This document shows positions 14,471 to 26,260 of a stretch of DNA of 64,000 bases, in pieces. The first letter of the stretch is position 1. Each line of letters opens with the position of its first letter. The notes below the pieces were generated by a model. That model ran no database searches. It was not told the origin of the DNA and saw only the letters and a list, made by a program, of their open reading frames with translations. This DNA comes from the human T2T-CHM13v2.0 reference genome, Homo sapiens. Position numbers and translations under genes: made by a program. The stretch lies in NCBI RefSeq assembly GCF_009914755.1, contig NC_060931.1; one strand, given 5' to 3'.

Positions 14471-14927
14471 TAAGCTTTGGAATAAAGTGAGAAGATGATG
14501 GAATAGAGTGGGGCCAGTAAAGTCAAACCAAGCAAGATGGAGGCTAGGAAATGCATGGGCAATCAGTGAACAAAAGGGCATTTGACAATTATAGGAACTC
14601 TTCAGGGTCATCAAATAGAGTTAAAACTGCAGTGAATGATCAATAAGTTCAATTCTACAGAAAAGTCAAATAAATAAGTTTGAAGAAAAGATCACTATTT
14701 GAGGAAATCATTGGAGGTGGAAATCATATTTCAGGAATAAGAAGGGGGTGGCGAGAAAATGGTTCTGACAAGTATAGAATGCTTTGGAGTTTAGATGTGA
14801 ATTTTATAAAATAGTGAGTTTGAAAGAGCAAAGACTTAAGTGATAACTGAAATAAACATAATTTTAGTACAAAAGTGACCATTCTTAAAGAAATGTCAAT
14901 TTTAATTATTAAATGTTTACATTATGC

Positions 14928-15201
14928 TTTTATATATATATTTTTTATTATACTTTAAGTTCTAGGGTACATGTGCACAACATGCAGGTTTGTTACATAT
15001 GTATACATGTGCCATGTTGGTGTGCTGCACCCATTAACTCATCATTTACATCAGGCATATCTCCTAATGCTGTCCCTCCCCCCTCCCTCAACCCCACAAC
15101 AGGCCCCGGGATGTGATGTTCCCCTTCTTATGTCCATGTGTTCTCATTGTTCAGTTCACACCTATGAGTAAGAACATGTGGTGTTTGGTTTTTTGTCCTT
15201 G
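14928..15201 (-). mobile_element. LINE-1 younger L1PA (about L1PA3-5) 3' end, about 270 bp
   Basis: 'ttattatactttaagttctagggtacatgtgcacaac...tgtgctgcacccattaactc'; probable TSD tacattatg (14918-14926) and tacattacg (15202-15210). Confidence 0.95.
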
Positions 15202-15264
15202 TACATTACGTGAAAGTGAAACCTGTTGATTCTCAAGTGGTCACACATGTACAGGAGGAGGTAT

Positions 15265-15435
15265 AGTAGAAGGAACAAATACTGGGGCTAACCTGGACTT
15301 TTCATCCTGAGCAAGTTCCTTAAGGTCCCTACGTTTCAGCTTTCTCAGCAAATATATAACACTAATGATATGTGCTTCATAAGCTTGTCATGACAATTAC
15401 ATGAGAAAAGATGTGCAAGTCACTTAGCACAGATT
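15265..15435 (+). mobile_element. MIR SINE relic
   Basis: 'ctgagcaagttccttaa...tttcagctttctca...gatgtgcaagtcacttagcacag'. Confidence 0.55.
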
Positions 15436-15734
15436 CAACAATCTAAGCCAACTGCAAAAGTTTCAAACTGAATACCGCTTATATAGTAAGGGAAGGCTTA
15501 ATATCTGTCCCAGAGGGAGTTTGAGAATAGGGAATATTAAAGGGGTCTACAACTGGATAGAAAGAAAATGTTTGGTCTGGATAGCTCCCCTACTCTTCTA
15601 ATATTACCGAATAAATAAATGGGTATACTCCTCCTGAAGCACAGTGTCATAACCACCAGCTAGGCTGATCCATCTTTACATTCATTCTTTTTCTCTCCTT
15701 CTTTTTGGTTATGTGAGCAAGCTTTCTCTTCATA

Positions 15735-15850
15735 AAGGGTGGTCTTGAGCAACTGCGTAGTTGTGATATATACAATTTCAATGGGCTTCGTTTGCATCAA
15801 AATCTAAGTAAATGGCCTTCCCTGGAGTTGTGTCGGGCAGCAGTGCTGCT
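15735..15850. mobile_element. Possible MER91-like hAT MITE
   Basis: 'agggtggtc...gttgtg...tacaatttca' and 'aatggccttccctggagttgtg...gtgctg' resemble MER91; strongly diverged. Confidence 0.35.
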
Positions 15851-16599
15851 ATATCTTGCGGAATTGCCTTCACACCTCACATTACAACACTGCCTCTTAC
15901 ATTATGGCGTACTTCAAATTAGTTAAAATTCAGTCCTAGGCACTGGAATTAACCTGGAGAGACTCTGGTTTCGTGATAAGATTTAAGAAAGAGCTTTTTC
16001 ATTAGTTTGTAATTTATACAATTTAAATCTCCTTGAATTAGGTTTTTTTTTAAAAAAAAACACAAAACACTACACTCAGGGAAAGCCTCTTTTAGAAACC
16101 ATCATTGTGGAGCCCACAGATGTACAAATATGAGCAATGAAACTTATGTCATCATATGATGAGCTCTACATTGTGAATATATCAAGGACTGTATTTCAAA
16201 ATGTTAAGTAATTATGAAAATATCTATTTCCTGAAAGATGTTAGCTTTTTGTCATATACCATCAAAAAACCTCCATTAACATTGTGATAACTCTGTAACA
16301 CATTTAAAATTAAATAGTGATTATATATTTCAAGTATTTTCTTAAAAAGATTATTTATTTGATTTCAGATATTCTAGGTTTAATTGTCTACTCAGGTTTT
16401 CATTCTGTAGGATATCATTTAGGGTTTACTATTAAAATATCACTCTTTGATTAAGAAAGAATTTCCAGTAAGAGGAAGTTTATGCTGTTGTGTTTTGTTT
16501 TTAGGTTATCTTTTATTGAATATATCTATACTAAATTAGATTATCCAAAATATGTGCATTATATTACACCATTTTAAGCTACAATTAACCCTATATGAA

Positions 16600-17337
16600 A
16601 GAAACTGCTTTTGCAAAAATTATAACAGTGAGAAAAATCTGACATAGAAGATTACGACAGTGAAATAAATCTGACCTAACTGATTCCATCCTGCTTTTAA
16701 CTCCAAGCTTCCCTTGTTCATTTCTCAGCAGTGGCCAATGTAATTATAGGAGGAATTTAGTTTATTGTTTAACTTTGAAACAAAGATGATAATAGCTTCT
16801 TCCTGAAACAAAAACCCTTCTACCCTGGAGACCACACTGCCTTTGTAAAACTAATAAATTAGCCACAAGATTAGAAATTATGGCTCAGGAGTCATGTAGC
16901 CAGAGGTCACAACATTCACAATCTCCCCAATTGCTCCTATAGATAAAATTCCTGTTGTAAAATATAAGATGGGTGTTTGAAGTGTTTTTCAGACCCTGCA
17001 TTCTGATGGACCAGCTGGCACCACGCAGACTGGTAAACTGGGTCGTCTGGTGTTTGGTCCTTACCCAGGAACTGACTCAGGACAAGAAGGCAAGCTCTGA
17101 CACTATGATTTCATCCCCAACCCAACCAATCAGCACTTCCCATTCCCTAGTCCCCTGCCTGCCAAACTGTCCTTATAAAAACGTTAGCCTCCTAATTTTC
17201 AGGGAGAGTGATTTGAGTATAAAACTCAGGTCTTCTGTTTAGCCAGCTATGTGTTTATTAAACTCTTTCACAATTGCAAGAACACTGTCTCAGTAAATTG
17301 GCTTTATCTGTGCAATGGATAAGAACCCATTAAAACA
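16600..17337 (+). mobile_element. ERV1 solo LTR, LTR8 family (LTR8A/B-like)
   Basis: Begins 'gaaactgcttttgcaaaaattataacagtgagaaaa...ctgacctaactgattccatc'; TATA-like 'cttataaaaa' near 17172; 'attaaa' poly(A) signal near 17257. Confidence 0.85.
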
Positions 17338-17859
17338 TGAATTTTATGTAAGCAATTATGAATGTCAATTGCCTATTTTAGCAACTATGATTGTTTGTAT
17401 GCCATTGAACCTTCTGGTATTCTGCTGTTTCTAGAATTTTAACATGTCATGTTACAAATTTTTTTGGGGGGGGTATGAATATGTTAGTTCAGTATTGCTT
17501 TACCTTACTGTTTAAGGCATCAAAATCCAGAGTGAAACCTTGTAGATTCTCCATAGTTTCTACAATGACATGAACTGATTAATTAAAGTCTCTGTATTTC
17601 ATTTTTTTATCTATATATGTAATTATTGTACTGCATTGATATAAGGAGGAAATAATTCAATATATTTTAAAGTAACTGTCATGTAATAAAACTGCAATAA
17701 GCATTAGGTGTTTAATAACAGTAATATTTACTTTTATTAAAAAATTGACAAAAATCTAATACAAACTCAGCTCAGCTCTAGTCCTAAAAAAGCAATGCAC
17801 TAAGTTCATTATAAAAATTTAAAAAAGAGAAAAATAAGAACAAAAACAACATTTTATTC

Positions 17860-19728
17860 TGTGTAACTAGGTGCATATGCTAGACTGACCTGACATACAT
17901 GTGCCACTTCCTCATAGCAAACACACAGGAGTGTTGGGTAAAACATAAAATTAAAAGTATTTACATGTATAACTGCCATTGAAGAAAGCAAGCTCATTTT
18001 TAGGTGCTATGAAAAAATAAACAATTTAAAGCCAATGTTATGAATGGAATTTCCATCATGAAATCCACTTTGTGAAGCCAAACAGCATCAAAGGACTGCT
18101 CTCTATATGAAAACAAGACAAAAATAATTATGTACTTGGACAAAAGCATTGCAAAAAATACTGTCATCTTCACAGGACTCTAAGAGTAAAAGAATAACTC
18201 ATGAGATGATAAACATAAGAAAGTATCAGTTATGAATGTGAGAATGCAGCAACAACTCTAAATAAAGGCTAAACATAAAATTTGTTCTAGAAACAGCAAA
18301 ACCAATAGGGCATGAGAAGAGGCAATTCAAATTTATGAAAATTATCTCACAATCCCAAAACATAGTATTCTTTCAGAAAACAAATCGTTCTTAAAATGCC
18401 CTGACAACTTAAAATTTAACAACAGAAAAGTATCAGACCATCATAAGGAAGAGCCAACAGATGCATTTTAAAAAATTAGCATGATAATCATATGTATAAA
18501 CATTTTAAAAGACAGTTTAAAATAAGTATGCTTATAATGCTTAAGTAATAAAATCTCATTTATAAAAATAATGCCAGATCACACAGTATGAAACAGAAAG
18601 AAAAGACAGATTAGAAAGAACCCAATTATAGCTTTTGGAAATTATAGATGTACACAGACACATGTTTACTGTCATTAAAATTTTGAAGAAAAACGCATGA
18701 TAGGTTGTAAAATAGATTAGATAAGCAAAAAGAGCATTACTGAATTATTTTCTCTAGCATCTGTTAGGATAATAAAATTTTATAGGATCTTTTGTCTCCC
18801 TTTCCTAAGTCCAATCCTGCAAAGAAAAAAAAAAAGGAAAAGGAAAGAAAAACTAGAGGAAATTTGAGGAGTCCTTTTTTAACATAAAAACTATAAGAAA
18901 CACTTAAATTAATAGAAAGCAGATGGGTTGTGCTAATGTGGAGAGAATATAATAGTGTAAAGGATAATTTAGTATCAATAAAAATATAATGCAAAATTAA
19001 AAATACAATAGATGAAGATAGTCTATTTGCTAAAAAGGGAACAATTTTAAGAAGTTATAATAATTATAAATACGTATGCAACTAACATTACAGCCTTGAA
19101 TTATTTAAAAATACTTATATATAGAAACAGACAAACCAATAATTTTAAATGAAAAATTTACATTAATCTGGAAACCTAACATATTAAGAAAAAAATTAGT
19201 AAACAAAATAGAAATAATAAAATCAATAAGTAATAAAGAAATAGAAAGCAAATACCATGAGCACTAATATACCTATGCATACATGTACTTTATGGTGTTT
19301 ACACATATGTTATGAACTATATATGTTTATACATATGTTATGAACTATTTATGTATATTAAATATATACATATATAAACACACACATTCACAAAAGTCTT
19401 GAAGAATAAAGGCAATCAAAGGAGCCAAAATAATTTTAATAAATCAGTATTATGCAGAATGTTATAAAAACAAAACAAATGATAAAAACAAAACTGAAGA
19501 AAGTAAAAAGTCCTTGAAATTTAAAAGCTATACATTAACCTATTTGTACTAAAATAATGAAAGAAATAAGAAATACTTTAAACTAAGTCACAGTAAAATG
19601 ACTAACACACTAAATTTGTGAGTCAGAGTTAAAGAAATGCATGGAGAAAACTTCATACTTTCTAATAGATTTATCAGAAAATAAAGAATGAAACACATGA
19701 ACTTACTGTTCAATTTAAGAATCTAGAA
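17860..19728 (+). mobile_element. Highly decayed old LINE-1 (L1M) fragments
   Basis: A-rich sequence with degenerate ORF2 endonuclease-like stretches (e.g. 'ataaatacgtatgcaactaacattacagcc', 'aaatttgtgagtcagagttaaagaaatgcatggagaaaacttcata'). Confidence 0.5.
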
Positions 19729-19731
19729 AAA

Positions 19732-20048
<317 letters not shown>

Positions 20049-20351
20049 CTAGAAGGAGAGCAACAAAAACAGAAAATAAAAGAAAGAAGAAAAGGGAAAA
20101 GGAGAAAGAGGAAGAGGGCAGAGGTAGAGAAAGAAATAAAAACTTCTAGCCAGATACACATAAAACTTCAGACTTGTACCTCAGTTCCTTCTACCCAGTA
20201 CATCATGCCCTGCTTTCATAAAAAACAGAATTACAAGACATATTCAAAAACAAAGAAGAGACAGAGCAAGCATCTGACTCAGACTCAGGTATGACAATTA
20301 TTTTGAAATTATCAAACCATGAAAAGAAAAATATTAGATAACATTCAATAG

Positions 20352-20698
20352 TGTGATGTTTATTTTTTCCCAAAATTCATAAGCTGAAATTTTTACCTCC
20401 AAGGTCATAGTATTCAGAGATGGGGACTTTGGTAGGTAATTAGATTGTGAGGTTTGAGTCCTCAAAAAGTGGAATCAGTGCCCTTAACAAAGAGGCCCAA
20501 GAGAGACCCTTTGCCCCTTCTACTATGTGAGGCTAGAGTGAGAAGATGGCTGTGAGAAAGCAGGACCTCATCAGTCAGTCTGTCTATAGTTTGATCTTGG
20601 ACTCCCCAACCTCCAGAACTATGAGAAATACATTTCTACTCTTTATAAGCCTCTCAGTCTATGATATGTTGTTATAGCAGCCCAAATGGTCTAAGAAA
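20352..20698 (+). mobile_element. ERVL-MaLR solo LTR (MSTD/MLT1A-like)
   Basis: 'cccaaaattcataagctgaaa...ttgatcttggactccccaacctccagaactatgagaaata...ttgttatagcagcccaaatgg'. Confidence 0.85.
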
Positions 20699-20759
20699 GA
20701 ATAAATGAAGGTAAGATAAAATCTTTTATTTTTCTTATTCTTAGTTGATAAAAAAAATA

Positions 20760-23230
20760 AAATTGATCTGTGTCTATTCTTTCACCAGTATCACACTATC
20801 TTCAATATTGCTACTGAATTGTAAGACGTGAAGAAGGTAGTATCAGTCCTCTGAATTTGTTCTCCTTTAATACTATGCTGGCTATTTAGGGTCTCTTTCT
20901 TTTCCATATATGCTTTAGAATCAGTTTATCAACGTGCACAAAATACTAAGTCAATTACTTTCTTATATTCCAGCAATGAATTGGAATTTGGAATTAAAAG
21001 CACAATACCATTTACATTAGCTTCAATAAAATAAAATAATTAGGTATAAATCTAGCAAATATATACAAGATCTATCTGAGAAAAACTACAAAACTCTGAT
21101 GTAAGAAATCAAAGATCAAAGTAAATGGAGAAATAGATACATAAATAGGAAAATTTGATATTGTAAACATGACAGTTCTTCACACTTGATCTATAGATTT
21201 AACACAATCCCAATGAAAACCCAAGCAGGTTATTTTGTGTACATCGAAAACCTGATTCTAAAGCATATGTAAAAAACCAAAAGACTCTAAGTAGCCAGCA
21301 AAATATTAAAGAAGAGATAGTGTGATACGGATTTAACAGTAGACACATGGATCAACAGAACAGATTAGGGAGCCCAGGAAAAGACTCCCACAAATTAGTC
21401 ACTAATCTTTTACAAAAGAGCAAAGACAATTCAATGGAGAAAGGATAGTTGCTATGACTGAACTATGTCCAACCCAAATGTGTATGTTGAAGCCCTAACT
21501 GCCCATGTGACTCTATTGGTAATAAGACCTTTAAGGAGGCAATTAAAGTTATGTAAGGTCATAAGGGTAGAGCTCTGGTAGGATGAGATTCATTTTCTTA
21601 TAAGAAAAGACATCAGGGAGTTTGCATGCTCTCTCTTTCTCTCTCTCTGCCTCTCAGCATGTGCAGAGAAGAGGTCATGTGAACACATGGCAAGGGCTGG
21701 TCACTTACAGGAAAAGAGGCCTGACCTGAAACCAACCATGCTGGCATCCTGAACTTGGAATTCCAGCCCTAGAACTACGAGGAAAACAAACATCTCTGGT
21801 TTAAGCCACCCAGTCTGTGGTATTTTGTTATGGAAGCCCTAGCTGTCTAAGACAATAGTCTTCAGTTAATCAGTGAATAATGCTGGGAAATCTGAGAATT
21901 CATAAACACACACACACACACACACGATTCTAAACACAAACCTTACAAATTTCACAGAAATTAATTCCAAAGGTATTATAGACCTAATGTCAAATGGAAA
22001 CCTATAAAATTCCTATAAGATAACATAGGAGAAAACATAGATGACTTTGAGTTGTTGAAGATGTTTCACACATAACACAAAAGCACAATCTATGAAAAGT
22101 TGGATCTCATTAAATTAAAAACCTCCGGTTCTACAAGACACTATTAAGAGAATAAAAAGAACTCCTAGGCAGAAAGAAAACCTTTGCAGAACAAATATTT
22201 GATAAAAGACTGGTATCTAAAACATACAAATAATTTTTAAAAATCAACAATAATAAACAATCCAATTAAAAAATGGGAAAAAGATCTGCACAGACATCCC
22301 ACGAAAAATATACACTAATAGCAAATAAGCATATGAAAAGACATTCAACATCATATGACATTAAGGAATTGCAAATTGAACTAATGATGACCACTATCTA
22401 CCCATTAAAATAGCTAAAATCTAAAACACTGGCAACAGCAAACACTGGCGAGTAGGTGAAGCAGCAGCTCTTATTTATTGCTGTTGACAATGCACAATAA
22501 TACTGCTACACAGAAACACGTTTTGACAGTTTCTTATAAAACTGAACATACTCTTTTCATATGATCTCACAGTCATTCTCCTGCTATTTAAGTGAGTTCA
22601 AAACTTTATGTCCACACAAAGACTTGAAAATGATTGTTTACAGCAGCTTTATTCATAATTGCCAAAACTCAGAAGAAGCCCAGATATCCTTCAATAGGTG
22701 AACAGATAAACGGTGGTTAAACCACATAATGGAATATTGTCAGTGATAAAAAGAAATGTGCTATGTGTATTGCTACAAGAAAGAAGCCAATCTAAAAATG
22801 CTACCTACTGTATGATGGCAAATATGTATGGCATTCAGGAACAGGCACTACAGAGACGTGAAAAGATCAGTGGCTATCAGGGGTTCTGGGTGGGGAGAGC
22901 AAGAGGCATGAGTAGGTGATTTCTAGGGCAATGCTACTCTACTGCATGAGACAGTAATAATGAATAAATGTCATTATACAGTTGTCAAAACCTATAGAAT
23001 GTGTAACATAAAAGTGAACCCTCATGTAAACTATGAACTTTAGCTAATAACAAGGTATGTATATTTAGTCATTAACTGTAACAAACATACCACACTAATG
23101 AAAAAATATTAATAATATAAGAAACTTTGTGTGTTGGGGGAGAGAAGTGAGGTTATATGAGAACTATTTATATTTTTTTGTTAAATTCTTCTGTAAACTT
23201 TAAATATATTGTCTATTAATTAAAATAATT
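20760..23230 (+). mobile_element. Old LINE-1 (L1MC/MD-like) ORF2 end and 3'UTR, interrupted by an LTR; first ~190 bp inverted
   Basis: L1 motifs 'ggtataaatctagcaaatatatacaagatct', 'cagcagctttattcataattgccaaaact', and 3'UTR 'gtgaaccctcatgtaaactatgaactttag'. Confidence 0.85.
21450..21854 (+). mobile_element. MLT1A-type solo LTR inserted in L1
   Basis: TG...CA termini ('tgctatgactgaa'...'ctaagaca'); 5-bp TSD 'atagt' at 21445-21449 and 21855-21859. Confidence 0.92.
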
Positions 23231-23832
23231 AATTTGAACTGAAGAATGGCTTATACAAAATGAAGATTATATTGTACCATTAATTTAGGAATAAAATGAA
23301 CTTTATTCTCTGCATGTGATATTAAAAAAGGACAATGATATCCTCCATGAATAGGTTAAACAGGTGATGAGGTATAGATTGAAACGGACTTAGTAGATAG
23401 TAAAATAGGTGAGAAAGTTACTCAGTACTCAGAATGAAGCACAAATATATGAAGAGATGTAAGAGCTGAAGGGTGGAATATTAAAGATCATTCTATGCTT
23501 AGTTACATTCACATATGGAGAGTATCAGTAATATAGAAGTGAGATATTGTTTCCAAGATAATGGTAGGCATTTACTAATATGGAGGCTCTGATTACTGAT
23601 AGTGGAAGATCATACTAAAAATGAGAGAGAGAAAGAAAGATAAAACAGAGGAGCTACACTGAAACAAACTGAAAGCATGATCACATTAGCAAGAATAGAT
23701 GCCAAAGATAGTTGAATAATTTTTAAAAGATTGAGAGATAATAAATTATAGTCAGCCTAAACATTCTATAACTAAAATGATCACTTAAGGTTCCAGGATG
23801 AATTAATGATATTTTAAAAGATACAAGAAAAT

Positions 23833-24161
23833 GGCCAGGCGCGGTGGCTCACACCTGCAATCCCAGCACTTTGGGAGGCCGAGGCGGCAGGTGGATCACG
23901 AGGTCAGGAGCTGGAGACCATCCTGGCTAACACGGTGAAACCCCGTCTCTACTAAAAATACAAAAAAATTAGCCGGGCGTGGTGGCCGGCACCTGTAGTC
24001 CCAGCCACTCAGGAGGGTGAGGTAGGAGAATGGCGTGAACCCGGGATGGGGAGGTTGCAGTGAGCCGAGATCGCACCACTGCACTCCAGCCTGGGCGACA
24101 GAACGAGACTCCGTCTCAAAAAATAAAATAAATAAATAAATTAAATTAAATTAAATTAAAT
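23833..24161 (+). mobile_element. AluY
   Basis: AluY diagnostics 'ccatcctggctaacacggtgaaa' and 'gagaatggcgtgaacccggga'; many retained CpGs; (TAAAT)n tail; TSD core 'agatacaag' at 23819 and 24162. Confidence 0.97.
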
Positions 24162-25189
24162 AGATACAAGGAATGAATTAACTACTCAGAATCTTCTGCT
24201 GCTAGAATTAAATAGTATGTTTCAGTAAAAAGAAATTAAACTAGTAAAACTAAATAAGATTAACTATGACTTCATTTGAGGGAACGAGTTGTTAAAAAAT
24301 GAGAAACCTAAACTTCCAAAAATATTGACATGAAAAACTAGACTGATGATATCAGAATTCAAAGATATTGATTACACTTAGACTTTGTCATGTCAAGGAA
24401 ACATATTAAAAATGTAACTAGAGTTACTAAAAAGTAAAAATAAAATTAAAATTTTAGCCAATACACATATAACAGGAAAAAACAAAGAGCATAACTGATC
24501 AAATAGAAATCAAAAGAAAAGAAAAAAGACACAAAGAAAAGGCATTTTAAAAATCACAGAATAAGAGACCAGGAATAAGTCTAAATATGCCCATAAACAT
24601 AATAAGTGTGGTAGATTACATTATTGCTCAAAATATTTTCTTCCTCTTTATGCTGACATCAGCCTTGGCCATATTATTTGATAAATAACACAAAGGATTA
24701 AATTGTCAAGTCAAACTCAAATAAGTCAGACATCATACCCAATATCAAGTTCTACTAGTAATTTCAAAGATACACACATAAAGAAGCTCAGGTAAAGCAG
24801 AGAGAGGTCAAGGACATGCTTAGCAGCTCCCTAGGTGCTTCCTTCCCATATTAGACATGGATTCTTGGTCAAGAATACACAAGTCTCTAAATGAGGTACG
24901 TAAGTTATTACTCCAGACATCAGGGAGTATTTTGTTTATGAAACATCTCCAATTTATCACTAGCTGGTTATCATTATTCTCCTCATAAATCTATAGATTC
25001 TGGTTTTATTTTCTATAAGCCATCCTTAGCCAAGGACATCCCATTATGACCTTTCCCTAGATAAGGACTCCATTCCTAGCAAATATTATCCATGTATTTA
25101 CCCAGAGGTCTAGTTATGATGTTGTCAAGGAGGTATGACTGGGAACCTCCACTTGGTAAACAGAGTAATTAATCACAGACTAGACATTT

Positions 25190-25500
25190 TAGCACCTTCC
25201 TCCATACTTATGCTGTTTTTTGTGAGATTATATTTTCCTATTTCACTGAATTCAGAACTGTCCATGTGCCTTGCTTTGGCCAGTAAAATGGGGGTGAAAG
25301 TGAAGCATGTCTGAGCAAAGGTTAAAGATCCAGCTTGTGATATGCTTTTTTTCCACTCTGCTAAGAATATAGCAATGTCCCAGGTAAAGGTTACTCTACC
25401 TTCCTTGGTCTCAAGTGAAAAAGATATGATAGACACTTACAGTGTGCAAGAATTTAACTCTGCTCTAAGTCACTGAGCAGGTTGTTTGTCACTGCATCTG
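25190..25500 (+). mobile_element. Old MLT1 (J/K-like) LTR relic
   Basis: 'catgtgccttgctttggccagtaaaatggggg...ctctaagtcactgag...ttgtttgtcactgca'. Confidence 0.5.
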
Positions 25501-25999
25501 ATTAGAAAGAGTGAACCAGAGAAAAATCTTAGCATGCTGGAGCCTATAGAGGAAGACTAAGAGAAAGCCCTCATGGTCACAAAACTCCAAAAATATTATT
25601 TTATCTCATGTAATGTTAATTTTTTTTCTGAATTCTGCTATAATGCATCTTGGTTATACTCAGAATGTTAGCAAACTAGTATATTGATAGTATCATAAAG
25701 ATAATAGTATAGCCTGAAAATGATTTGTTGGGCAAGAAATATTGATTATAAAGCCACTATTATTTTAATAAGAGGATTAATTCCAAATATTTAAGCTCTT
25801 GCATGTGAATCTATAAAAATCTATAGAAACAAATCAATATATATTAAAACTGATATAATTTCCATAAACACAAAAAGTTAGCTCTTGAACGTTCATCTAA
25901 TTTATTTTTTTCTTTATATAACCTTATTTTTAAAATTTGATGGTATAATTTGTATTTCTATTTCATTTATAATAGAAGTTTTAAGATATTTTAGAAATA

Positions 26000-26260
26000 A
26001 CTATGTTTTAGATGTATTCATTTTAAATATATATATTTAAAACATATAGATTAAATATATATACATTTAGATTTATAAATATACATTTTAAAATATATAC
26101 ATTTTTATATTAACATAGTAATATTATATATATTTATATATATTTATATACACACTTATTTCAAGTTTTACTTTAGACAGATTTTAAAATATATACATTT
26201 GTTATATTAATATAGTAATATGATATATAGTTAAATATATTATATTTATATACACATTTA
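26000..26260. repeat. AT-rich low-complexity tract containing a 96-bp tandem duplication
   Basis: (TA)-rich sequence; 'attttaaaatatatacattt' recurs at 26085 and 26181. Confidence 0.85.

Noticed and set aside
16042-16061. Perfect palindrome G-T9-A9-C
   Set aside because: Low-complexity homopolymer juxtaposition
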